This document shows positions 24,840 through 33,645 of a DNA stretch of 44,387 bases, piece by piece (position 1 is the first letter of the stretch; each line of letters starts with the position of its first letter). The DNA comes from Phycisphaeraceae bacterium (lineage in GTDB: Bacteria; Planctomycetota; Phycisphaerae; Phycisphaerales; Phycisphaeraceae): positions 1 to 44,387 of the forward strand of contig SLDI01000008.1 in assembly GCA_007125385.1 (NCBI GenBank), in the 5' to 3' direction. The position numbers were made by a program, and so were the translations under genes. Under the pieces are notes generated by a model. The model searched no databases and was not told where the DNA came from. It saw nothing but the letters and a program-made list of their open reading frames with translations.

Positions 24840-25598
24840 ATGGCCGGACCATCGACATCCGATGCCGCCGGACGGAAACCCGAGCACAGTCGTGCCGTGA
24901 ACGCAACGGCCGACGAGATCGCTTCCGCCGACGCCGCATCACGCTCACTGTACCGCTGGGTTATCGAGCACGACGACCGGCGGTTATTCCTGGTGGGCTA
25001 CATCGTGCTCTCCATCGTGCTGAGCATCGCGATCAGCCTGTTCTGGTTGCTCGTCCTGATCGCGATCCATCTGCTGCTGGAGCTCGTCAAGAAACGCCAC
25101 GACGGGGCCGGCTCGTTGCGGCGAACGCTCGCCTGGGCCTTGTGGGACGTCAAGTTCGACCTGGCCCTGCTCGTGATGGCCTTCATGCTGCTGGTGTACA
25201 CGAGCATCAGTGTTGGGATCCTCGGCATCGGCGGCGCGAGCCTGGGCGCGAGCCGGAGCCTGCATGGGCTGGTCGCAGCCATGCCGATCTCCCCAAGAGA
25301 TTTCATTCTCGCCGCGCGGATCATCGGCCTTCGCCAGCTTGATCGGCGCGAGATCCTCAGACGTCGCAGGCAGCGCCGGACCACCGGCCCGAGCGACGCG
25401 GCCCGCGCCAGCCGCATCGCCGCCGTGCGCTACCCCTGGCAGGCGACCTGGAGCTTCGCCGAGAAACTCGCCTTGCTGTTTGTTCTCGTCAATGTCAGCG
25501 CCATCGCATTGGGCTTCTACGTGGCCGAGGAGACGCCACGCCAGGTCCTGGCGGCGATGCTCCAGCAGCTCCATCCGTGGCCCGGCTCAAGCGGATGA
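24840..25598 (+). CDS. Hypothetical integral membrane protein
   Basis: ATG at 24840 with GGAGGA (24828-24833) 6 nt upstream. Several TM helices (LFLVGYIVLSIVLSIAISLFWLLVLIAIHLLLELV, LALLVMAFMLLVYTSISVGILGIGG, LALLFVLVNVSAIALGFYVA). Confidence 0.6.
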   Translation: MAGPSTSDAAGRKPEHSRAVNATADEIASADAASRSLYRWVIEHDDRRLFLVGYIVLSIVLSIAISLFWLLVLIAIHLLLELVKKRHDGAGSLRRTLAWALWDVKFDLALLVMAFMLLVYTSISVGILGIGGASLGASRSLHGLVAAMPISPRDFILAARIIGLRQLDRREILRRRRQRRTTGPSDAARASRIAAVRYPWQATWSFAEKLALLFVLVNVSAIALGFYVAEETPRQVLAAMLQQLHPWPGSSG

Positions 25599-25691
25599 CG
25601 TGCGACAACGGCCGGATGGCCGCACCGGGCATTTCGCTTGCCCGCGTCGGCGGGCTTATGATGAGCACCGCTCAATCAGCCGGAGTCACCC

Positions 25692-26228
25692 ATGAGTCAA
25701 GCCGATCCGCGCGAGCAAACCGAGCCGGCGCAGGCCAACGAGCCGGTGGAGGAACGCGTGATCTACGAGGCCAACCCCGCGATGTTCCGGGCGCACCCGA
25801 TCTGGTACTGCCTGGGCCTGCTGGTGATCGTCGCCGGGCCGGTCGTCGTGGTCGGCGCCACGCAGCTCGCCGAGGAGCTGGTCCTCCCCGTCGCGGGGGC
25901 GGGCCTGGGCATGAGCCTCGTCGGGCTCATCGCCATGGGCTGGTGGTGGCTTCAGACCAAGCGGACGACCTTCACCGTCACCAGCTCCCGCACCCGCCTG
26001 CGCCGCGGCCTGCTCTCTGTGCACATGACCGAGGTCTGGCATCGTCACGTGCGCAACGTCCAACTGACGCAGAGCGTCTGGGAGCGAGTCTTCGGCGTGG
26101 GCACGCTGAGCATCGCCGGCGCGGGCAAGGCCAGTTGGGACATCCAGGTCACCGGCCTGCCGCGGATCTACAAGGCCAAGGAAACCATCGATCAGTATCG
26201 GCTGGCGGTCAGTCACGAATCGAACTGA
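25692..26228 (+). CDS. Membrane-flanked bacterial PH domain protein (bPH_2 / YdbS-YdbT-like)
   Basis: 'VIYEANPAMFRAHPIWY', then two TM helices, then 'TTFTVTSSRTRLRRGLLSVHMTEVWHRHVRNVQLTQSVWERVFGVGTLSI'. This is the typical bPH_2 layout. Confidence 0.75.
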   Translation: MSQADPREQTEPAQANEPVEERVIYEANPAMFRAHPIWYCLGLLVIVAGPVVVVGATQLAEELVLPVAGAGLGMSLVGLIAMGWWWLQTKRTTFTVTSSRTRLRRGLLSVHMTEVWHRHVRNVQLTQSVWERVFGVGTLSIAGAGKASWDIQVTGLPRIYKAKETIDQYRLAVSHESN

Positions 26229-26300
26229 TCGCGGCCTGGCGTGGGGAATGGCGCTGCGGCGTGGCGGTTGCCACGGCGTGAGCTCGTCCCGTCACAGCGT

Positions 26301-26736
26301 GCTTGGATCCGGCAGGGCCGCTTCACCCGCGTCGACACCGAATCGCGCCACGCCACGCTCGAGCTGCCCACGCCCGATGTGCGCCAGGCCAGCCTCGATC
26401 ACACCAGCACCCGCGTCTACCGCATCGATCGTCGCGGCCTGTGGCACCTCGTCCCCGACGACGTCGCGAGCTCACGCTGCTCAACGAGGCGATGGCGCGA
26501 GCCGAGCAGGTCATCGCTGACGCCGCAGACGACGCGGCGCTGCTGCACCGCGCCCGGACACACGCCGAGCAGGTCAGACCCTGCTGGCCTACAACGCCAA
26601 GCTCACAGTCACGCCCTTCGCCACGACCTACCAACTTGCCGAGCCGGCGACGATCACCAATCCCTTCTGCGCCGACCAGCACCTGATCGACCGGCTACGC
26701 CGACAGATCGCCCGAAGCTGCGCCAGAGCCTGGTGA
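26301..26736 (+). pseudogene. Possible frameshifted gene (three GC3-rich coding segments in frames 0, 2 and 1)
   Basis: Segments: AWIRQGRFTRVDTESRHATLELPTPDVRQASLDHTSTRVYRIDRRGLWHLVPDDVA (to ~26468); RELTLLNEAMARAEQVIADAADDAALLHRARTHAEQVR (26465-26578); LLAYNAKLTVTPFATTYQLAEPATITNPFCADQHLIDRLRRQIARSCARAW* (26581-26736). Each junction needs a -1 shift. No family recognised. Confidence 0.3.
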
Positions 26737-26778
26737 GGTTCCGCCACCACGTCAACGACTTGCCGCTGGACAGGAATC

Positions 26779-27882
26779 TCACACCCCGGCCTCGCTCACC
26801 ATCCGCTCCGCACGCGCCAGCCAATCCGCGTTCACCCGCACGCCCCAGCCCGGCTCACCGCTGATCGCCACACGCCCGCCCTCCACCTTCAACGCCGGCT
26901 CAAACAACCCCCGCACCCAGTCACTGTCCTCGATGCAGAACTCGACGTACGGCCCGGCGTTCTCGATCGCCAGCATCAGGTGCACCGTGAACAGCGTCAC
27001 CATTGACAGGTTCGCCGAGTGCGGCACGCACACCTTGCCCGCGGCCGCCGCCAGCCGCGCCACCCGCAACGCCCGTGTGATCCCGCCCACATAACACACA
27101 TCCGGCTGCACGATGTCCACCGCGTCCATGCGGATCATCCGGCGCCACTGGGCCAGATGGTTGTCCTGCTCGCCGCCGGCGACGTCGAGCTCCAGCGCCG
27201 CGGCCACCTCGGCCGTCCACTCCAGCTCCCAGTAGGGGCACGGCTCCTCGAAGTGCACCACGCCGTGGTCCTCCAGCATGCGGCCAACCTCGATCGCCCG
27301 CGGCGGCGTGTAGCAACTGTTGGCGTCCACCAGCAGCCGCACGTCATCGCCCACCGCCTGCCGCACCGTCGGCACAAGAGCCTCGGTCCGCCCCGGCCAG
27401 GCGTCCTGGTCGTGGCCCACCACCTGCCCGACGCGGATCTTGAAGGCGTTAAACCCGCGCTCATCACGCAGACGCGACAGGCGTGCCGCTTCATCCTCCG
27501 GCGTGATGGACCGGCTCATGCTCGATCCATACGCCGGCATCTCACGCCCCGTGCCGCCGAGCAGCGCCGCGACAGGTTGCTCGGCCGCCTTGCCCAGCAG
27601 GTCCCACGCGGCCGTGTCCACGCCCGCCAGCGCCCGGCAGACGTACGACCACGGAAACTTCAAGTTGGCCTCGATGCACCGGTCGCTGAGCGCGTCCAGG
27701 TCGGCGAGCCCCTCGATGCTCGCCCCCAGCCAGTGCGGCGCCACCTGCCGGTGCAGCACCTGGGCGGTGATGTCGGCGTTGAACGGTGCGACCTGCCCGT
27801 AGCCCTGCCGGCCATCGTCGGTGGTGAGCCGCACGATGGCGACGGCCCGCGTGGCGAACGTTTCGATGCGCTGGATCTTCAT
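26779..27882 (-). CDS. Enolase-superfamily enzyme (mandelate racemase/muconate lactonizing family; probable sugar-acid dehydratase)
   Basis: ATG at 27882 with AGGAGG upstream. 'MKIQRIETF', 'AAWDLLGKAAEQPVAALLGG', 'FKIRVG', 'LLVDANSCY', 'HFEEPC', 'VAGGEQ', 'DIVQPD'. The track ORF over-extends to 28164. Confidence 0.9.
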   Translation of the reverse strand: MKIQRIETFATRAVAIVRLTTDDGRQGYGQVAPFNADITAQVLHRQVAPHWLGASIEGLADLDALSDRCIEANLKFPWSYVCRALAGVDTAAWDLLGKAAEQPVAALLGGTGREMPAYGSSMSRSITPEDEAARLSRLRDERGFNAFKIRVGQVVGHDQDAWPGRTEALVPTVRQAVGDDVRLLVDANSCYTPPRAIEVGRMLEDHGVVHFEEPCPYWELEWTAEVAAALELDVAGGEQDNHLAQWRRMIRMDAVDIVQPDVCYVGGITRALRVARLAAAAGKVCVPHSANLSMVTLFTVHLMLAIENAGPYVEFCIEDSDWVRGLFEPALKVEGGRVAISGEPGWGVRVNADWLARAERMVSEAGV

Positions 27883-28151
27883 GCGGCCTCCTGATGCGGT
27901 GCCCCGGGTCAGAGGGTAGCCGAACAAGGCGGATCCACAGCTTCGGCCGCGACCGCTGGCCATCTGCGACGCCACCGGCTCCCGGCCCGCGAGGGCGTCG
28001 CGGCAGCATAAGCACGAATTCAACGTGGCTCGCACCGCGGCCGCCGCGTCGGCGAAGCGGCCCTCGATCGAGGTCCCCGACCATGGACCTCGGGAGTGGG
28101 CTTTAGCATACCCGGGGGTATACTGGGATTGGTCGAACAAGGAGCATCGCC

Positions 28152-29615
28152 ATGTCGAAACCATCGCGTCATCTTGTCGCGTGCCTGATCGGATCGATCG
28201 CTGCCTTGGCGCTGGCAGCGGGTGCAGCCATCGCAGACGATTGGCTCGAGCAGCCGACCAGCATCCCCGGCAACTGGGAGCTGAAGGACGATCCGCTTCC
28301 GCCGCTGGCGGACATCCTGGATCGCCCTCGCGCGCAGGTGCCGGTCTATGGCCTGTACACCTGGGGCGGGGAGTACCGCGGCCACCGCCAGAGCATCAAC
28401 GAGGTCGGCTTCACCACGATCCGTGTCAGCGGGCCGATGCAGGACGACACCATGCTCGCGCTCGCCGAGGACGGCCCGGACGTGCTCTTCACCCTCCAGC
28501 ACGGGCGACGCAACCAGTTCGCGTCCGACGAAGCCTTCCTCGCCGCCTACCACGACCACGTCACCACCACGCTCCAGCGGTACGGGCCTGGCGGCAGCTT
28601 CTTCGACGAGCATCCCGACGCGCCGTACCGGCCGATCACGCAGTTCAACATCTGGAACGAGCCCAACTTCCACTACATGATCCCCAACGATCCGGACCGC
28701 ACGCGCCAGGAACTGGAAGCCCAGCGCGAAGCCCTCTACGCGACGCTTCTGCCGGCGACCTACAACCTGATCAAGTCGGACTGGCCTGACGTGACGGTGG
28801 TCGGGTTCTCCGCCGGCGCGGCGGCCGCAGCGGAACGGCGTTTCATCCGCAACGTGCACGAGCTTAACGAGGATGTCGCCGAAGCCTACGACGTCGTCAG
28901 TTGGCAGCCCTACGTTCACCCCGCGCCGCCCGAGGCACACAGCATCCAGGGCTGGGGCACCTACTCCATCGCCCAGGGCGTGGACATCAATCGCCGGACG
29001 CTGGCCGAGTTCGGTCGCGAAGATACGCCCATCTGGTTCACCGAAATCGGCTGGCCGGTCTCCCACGAGGACGGCGGCCACTTCCCCACCTCGGGCAGCG
29101 ATTTCGCGACGCCGGAGCTTCAGGCGGCCTACGTCACGCGACTCTACGCCCTGGCCATGCGCCTGGGCGTCGAACGCGTTCACATCATGTTCGCAACCGA
29201 CACCGACGGATTCAACGGCGGGTTCTTCCTGCGCGACGGCAGTTGGCGGCCGTCCGCGTATGTCGCGCAGAACATGATCAACCTCATGCCCCAGCCCAGG
29301 CTCATCGACGCGCTCAGCGACGGTGAGGATGGCTACTACGCCTACCTCTTCTCCCCTGATGCCCAGGGCGGCGATCCGGTGCTGATGGCCTGGAACGTCG
29401 CCGGGCCGCGCACCGTGCAGATCGAGCTCGAAGGCCTTGATGAAGTCATCGTCTACGACATGCTCGGCAACGAGAAAATCTTGAGCGTCAGCGACGGCGT
29501 GCTCGAGTTGGAGATCGGGCCTTACCCTGTCTACACCCCGATCCCCGAGCCGGGCACGCTCTCGCTGCTCGGCCTCGTCGCGCCCATCGTCTTGAGCCGA
29601 CGCGCGAGGCGGTAG
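28152..29615 (+). CDS. Secreted clan GH-A (GH5/GH39-like) glycoside hydrolase with PEP-CTERM anchor
   Basis: AAGGAG 7 nt upstream. Signal peptide. 'FNIWNEPN' (acid/base NEP) and 'IWFTEIGW' (nucleophile Glu). C-terminal 'PIPEPGTLSLLGLVAPIVLSRRARR'. Confidence 0.8.
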   Translation: MSKPSRHLVACLIGSIAALALAAGAAIADDWLEQPTSIPGNWELKDDPLPPLADILDRPRAQVPVYGLYTWGGEYRGHRQSINEVGFTTIRVSGPMQDDTMLALAEDGPDVLFTLQHGRRNQFASDEAFLAAYHDHVTTTLQRYGPGGSFFDEHPDAPYRPITQFNIWNEPNFHYMIPNDPDRTRQELEAQREALYATLLPATYNLIKSDWPDVTVVGFSAGAAAAAERRFIRNVHELNEDVAEAYDVVSWQPYVHPAPPEAHSIQGWGTYSIAQGVDINRRTLAEFGREDTPIWFTEIGWPVSHEDGGHFPTSGSDFATPELQAAYVTRLYALAMRLGVERVHIMFATDTDGFNGGFFLRDGSWRPSAYVAQNMINLMPQPRLIDALSDGEDGYYAYLFSPDAQGGDPVLMAWNVAGPRTVQIELEGLDEVIVYDMLGNEKILSVSDGVLELEIGPYPVYTPIPEPGTLSLLGLVAPIVLSRRARR

Positions 29616-29699
29616 ACGAAGCTTCCAGTTCTTCATCCTCCGTCCACATCGTCACGTTGCGGGCCTGCTGCTGAACCCGCTCCGCATCCGGGTGATGCG

Positions 29700-29997
29700 T
29701 GCTGGGCGACACGAAAACCTTCCGGCTGGGCGTCAGCGCCAGCTTGCGCAGCTCGCCCACGATCCGCCGCACACCCCAGCCGATGTTCTCCCGCGCCAGG
29801 CGCAGGATCAGCGCCCGCAGCGACGCCATCATCTCCCGAGGCCGACCCACCCGGCCCACCTTCCGGCCACTGGCCTGGTCCCGCACCCAACGCCGATACG
29901 TCTTGACGCTCACGATCCCGATGACCTCATGGACCTCATGGCCCATCGCCGCGCCCAGCCGCCGCAACTGCGCGCGGTCCTCCGGGGCCAGGATCAC
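29700..29997 (-). mobile_element. N-terminal fragment of an rve-type (IS3/IS481-like) transposase/integrase
   Basis: ILAPEDRAQLRRLGAAMGHEVHEVIGIVSVKTYRRWVRDQASGRKVGRVGRPREMMASLRALILRLARENIGWGVRRIVGELRKLALTPS. It has the 'GRP......L..LI.RLA.EN..WG..RI.GEL.KLG' hallmark, and similarity is lost afterwards. No DDE core. Confidence 0.6.
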
Positions 29998-30229
29998 CCA
30001 GCCGCCGCGAAGCCAGAAGGCCCGGCCTCACCAAAGCTGATCGCGGAAACGCCCTTAAAGAGCGCCTTCAACCCGATCGTAGCGTGTGCCACCGGCGTTG
30101 CACGAACCGCGCTGCCGCCCTCGATGAGCCAGCAGCGCCAGACCCGCCAGCAGCAGCGGTGCGGCACGGTGTTGTGGTGGTGGACGTGCATGGGCTAACA
30201 TGGACGGACCACTTGTGCAGGGGCAGAAG

Positions 30230-31900
30230 ATGCAGCAGGAATCGCCCGCCAGAAGAAGGTTTCTTGTCGCGGGGCTGGCACTGTCGCTGACCCTGGCCGC
30301 AGCGGCACCGGCCTGGGCCACGGGGGTGCTGGGGACGACGGACGAGATCAGCCAGTACGGCATCACGTGGACGTTCGACCGGGAGGTGGCCTATGGCCAG
30401 TTCGTCACCGGGGATTACTGGATCGCGGCCGACGAGGTGGTGGTCACGTCGGTGAGTCCGGAGCCGACCACGGTCAACGGCTGGCACGTGCACGGGTCGA
30501 TGGTGAACCCGCCCAACGGCCGGCAGGCCTACGACTCGCGGACAACGCACTGGCGTCCGCCCTATCACGCGGATTACCTGGCCGAGGCGCCGATCACGCT
30601 CGGGCCCGACAGCTCGCTGGTGTCGACGGTGTCGCGTCAGCCGCTCGACGAGCCGCGCCGCCCGACGCTCTCGGACGCGGCGGTGCTGACGGTGCTGGGC
30701 GAGGCTCCGCCCGCCGGCTCGTTCCGCCCGGGGCTGATCGGCGACGAGAAGGTGCTCTACAACGTCAACGACATTCAATGGGACAAGCTGCCAGGTCTCG
30801 CCCCGCCGCCGTCGCTGCCGTCGGCGCAGCAGATTGCCGACAGCTACACCTCGCGCATGCAGCGGCCGTGGATCCTGCACGGCACGGGCTGGACGCATCG
30901 CCACATCATGCCCGAGAACAACAGCCCGTCGTATCACCAGAACGTGGCCCGGCTGCTCAGCAGCGCGGCCGTGCTGGCGACGATCGACTTCGACGGCCGG
31001 GAGGAGCTGGTGACCAACTACCTCCAGGTGGCGATCGACTATTACACGATGCAGCGCAATGGCCACGCGAGCGGCCGCCAGGGCGCGTACAACTACCGCT
31101 GGCCGACGATCTTCGCGGGAATCATGCTCGGCGACGACGAAATGCGCGACATGTGGAAGGACGGGACATACTCAACGCCGGGCTATCACGACGACAAGGT
31201 CTATTTCCTCGACGAACACTCCCGCGCCCCGGACAGTGAAATCCTCGATGGCCAGGACAGTTGGACCGCCTACAGTCAGCGCACGGGTGAGCGGCCGGTG
31301 CTCTATGGCGACGGCCACGAGGAACTGCACCCGGACGAGTGGGAGACGCTCATCCAGAACGGCGGGCGGTCGGAGACGTACCGGCGGATGCACAGCATCG
31401 CGATGGTGGGCTTCACCGTGGCGGCGACGGTGATGGAGGCCGAGGACCTGCTCGCCAATGAGGCGTACACCGCGTACGCCCGGCGTTGGATGTGGGAGAC
31501 GGACGAGATCATCCTCGAATCTGGCGATGCGCTGCGCGCCGCTCACCCGCTTCAGACCTCGCGGACGGCGTTCGTCGACGAGATGTGGGACATGCACATC
31601 GATGACATGCCCCAGCTTCTGGGCGACATGAACCTCGACGGCACCATCGACACCGCCGACGTGGCGCCGTTCGTCCTGGCGTTGACGGATCGCGAGGCCT
31701 ACATCGATCAGTACGGGATCGATCCGCGGCTCGTCGGCGACATCAACGGTGACGGCGTGTTCGACACCGGGGACGTCGCGGCCTTCGTGCAGTTGCTCGT
31801 CGGCGGCAGCGCCGGCTCCGCGGCCGCGCCGGAGCCCGGCAGCGCCATCCTGGTCGGGCTTGGCGGGCTTGCGCTGCTGGGCCGACGGCGAGCAGCGTGA
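30230..31900 (+). CDS. Tat-signal secreted protein of unknown catalytic class, with a dockerin-like pair and PEP-CTERM anchor
   Basis: MQQESPARRRFLVAGLALSLTLAAAAPAWA (twin-Arg). The body has no motif I can name; the second half may be an alpha/alpha-toroid. C-terminus: GDMNLDGTIDTADVAPF...GDINGDGVFDTGDVAAF...APEPGSAILVGLGGLALLGRRRAA. Alternative ATG at 30200. Confidence 0.8.
   Translation: MQQESPARRRFLVAGLALSLTLAAAAPAWATGVLGTTDEISQYGITWTFDREVAYGQFVTGDYWIAADEVVVTSVSPEPTTVNGWHVHGSMVNPPNGRQAYDSRTTHWRPPYHADYLAEAPITLGPDSSLVSTVSRQPLDEPRRPTLSDAAVLTVLGEAPPAGSFRPGLIGDEKVLYNVNDIQWDKLPGLAPPPSLPSAQQIADSYTSRMQRPWILHGTGWTHRHIMPENNSPSYHQNVARLLSSAAVLATIDFDGREELVTNYLQVAIDYYTMQRNGHASGRQGAYNYRWPTIFAGIMLGDDEMRDMWKDGTYSTPGYHDDKVYFLDEHSRAPDSEILDGQDSWTAYSQRTGERPVLYGDGHEELHPDEWETLIQNGGRSETYRRMHSIAMVGFTVAATVMEAEDLLANEAYTAYARRWMWETDEIILESGDALRAAHPLQTSRTAFVDEMWDMHIDDMPQLLGDMNLDGTIDTADVAPFVLALTDREAYIDQYGIDPRLVGDINGDGVFDTGDVAAFVQLLVGGSAGSAAAPEPGSAILVGLGGLALLGRRRAA
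31617..31897 (+). repeat. Dockerin-pair/PEP-CTERM cassette, copy 3 (more diverged)
   Basis: Same architecture and spacing as copies 1 and 2. Confidence 0.7.
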
Positions 31901-31980
31901 CGGGATTGCCGACAATCTGGCCGCGGCCGACGTATCAGCGATGCGCAACGGGTGGTCGAGGTGGCCAATGGAGGTATGCG

Positions 31981-33489
31981 ATGGCGTTCTCCGTAACCCT
32001 GGCGATGCTGTGCGTGCTTGTCCTGGCGTTGGCGGTCCCCGCCGTCGCGGTGGAGCGGGGCGTGGTCGGTGTTTATGCCGACAACCCGCGATATCTCGCG
32101 ATGGACGGCGAGGCGGTGTTCGCCATCGGGGCCACGCACCGGCACAGTTGGGCGCCGATCAGCCGGCCGAACGAGTTTGAGCTGCACCAGGATCTCGATC
32201 GCCTTGATGCCATGGTCCGCCGGGTGGGCGACGCCCGCGTGCGCGGATTCGTGCGCCTGGTGCCCTACGACCCGCTGAACCACCACCACGACGGGCCGGT
32301 GGAGCGCGTGCTCCAGCCGTGGCATCGGCTCGCCGATGGCCGATTCGACCTCGAACGGTTCGAGCCCGAGTGGGAGCAGCGGCTGCGCGCTTTTCTGGAC
32401 GCGGCCCATGAGCGGCGCATCATCGTCTCGCTCGAGCTCTGGGACGACTGGTCCATCACGCGCGGCGAAGGCGGGGCGGCCGACCCCGGGCCGGGCCTGG
32501 GCTTCAACGGCCATGCGTTCAACCCCGACAACAACGTCAACTACGACGCCGACGTGCTGCCCGCGACGACCAGCGCCTGCGTGGCCCCCTTCTACCGCAC
32601 GTTGCCCGAGCATGACGACATCCCGGCGGTGCTCGCGTTGCAGCAGCGCTACGCGGACCACCTGATCGACATCGCCGGCGGGTACCCCAACGTGATCTGG
32701 AACGTGGCCAACGAGAGCCGGGCGCCGCTGGCGTGGAGCCGGTACTGGGCCGAGTACCTGGCGGCGCGGCTGCCGCAGCGGCGGCTGATCGGCGACATGC
32801 CCTCGACGAACCGGCGCGACGGCCGGGGCGAGTGCGATGCGGAGCTGAACCCGGCCACGCTCGCGGTCGACGATCGCTACGGCTACGTCGACATCGCCCA
32901 GGCGGTGTCCCGCCACGAGTTCGGCGGGGACGTCATCGGCCAGGCGATCGACGGCGCCGGGCGCATCCGTCAATACCAGCAGGCGATGGCGGAGCGCGGC
33001 CGGGTCAAGCCGCTGGTGGTCTCCAAGGATTACACCAACACCGGCGACGAAGCGATCACCGTGCTCTGGTCGCGCTTCACCGGCGGCGCGGCGACGGCGC
33101 GGTTTCACCGGCCCTTCGGCCGAGTCGACTTCCAGGCCATCCCCGAGTTCCAGTATGCGGCCGCCGAGCGCCTGGCGCAGTTCGTCGCGGGCGTCGGCTT
33201 CAAGCGGATGCAGCCCATGCCGGAGCTGATCGCGTCCGAGCATGAGCACATCAACGTGCTCGGCGACGAAGGGCGGGAGTACGTCGTTCACCTTGTGGGC
33301 CGGCGCGATGCGACACGCCTGGGCCTGCATCTGCCGGCGGGCCGGTGGCGGCTTTCGTGGCATCAGCCGCACGCGGATGAGCCCGCGGTGCCCGAGGAGC
33401 AGGTGATCGACGCGGAGGAGGGCGCCACCACATCGATCGACGTGCCGGGCCATGCGCATGGCCTGGTGATGCACCTTGTCGACCATTGA
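31981..33489 (+). CDS. Secreted TIM-barrel glycoside-hydrolase-like protein (clan GH-A-like)
   Basis: ATG at 31981 with GGAGG 6 nt upstream. Signal anchor MAFSVTLAMLCVLVLALAVPAVA. 'RIIVSLELWDDW' and 'NVIWNVANES' (NE acid/base-like). The family is not resolvable by eye. Confidence 0.65.
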   Translation: MAFSVTLAMLCVLVLALAVPAVAVERGVVGVYADNPRYLAMDGEAVFAIGATHRHSWAPISRPNEFELHQDLDRLDAMVRRVGDARVRGFVRLVPYDPLNHHHDGPVERVLQPWHRLADGRFDLERFEPEWEQRLRAFLDAAHERRIIVSLELWDDWSITRGEGGAADPGPGLGFNGHAFNPDNNVNYDADVLPATTSACVAPFYRTLPEHDDIPAVLALQQRYADHLIDIAGGYPNVIWNVANESRAPLAWSRYWAEYLAARLPQRRLIGDMPSTNRRDGRGECDAELNPATLAVDDRYGYVDIAQAVSRHEFGGDVIGQAIDGAGRIRQYQQAMAERGRVKPLVVSKDYTNTGDEAITVLWSRFTGGAATARFHRPFGRVDFQAIPEFQYAAAERLAQFVAGVGFKRMQPMPELIASEHEHINVLGDEGREYVVHLVGRRDATRLGLHLPAGRWRLSWHQPHADEPAVPEEQVIDAEEGATTSIDVPGHAHGLVMHLVDH

Positions 33490-33522
33490 ATGTTCGACTT
33501 CACCCGGATGGGCCGTCCTCAG

Positions 33523-33606
33523 GGTGCCACGGCTTGACCGCGAAGCGGCAAGCCGTGCGATCGTCGGCAAGTGCGCGGCTTGCCCTTCGGGACAAGCCGT
33601 GGCACC
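33523..33606. terminator. Long hairpin between convergent genes (14-bp perfect outer stem); possible bidirectional terminator or REP-like element
   Basis: ggtgccacggcttg (33523-33536) pairs with caagccgtggcacc (33593-33606). Inner ggcaagcc/ggcttgcc pairings are also present. No U-tract. Confidence 0.45.
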
Positions 33607-33645
33607 GGACGACTTGGGGTTCATGCGACCATTCAAGGATCAATG

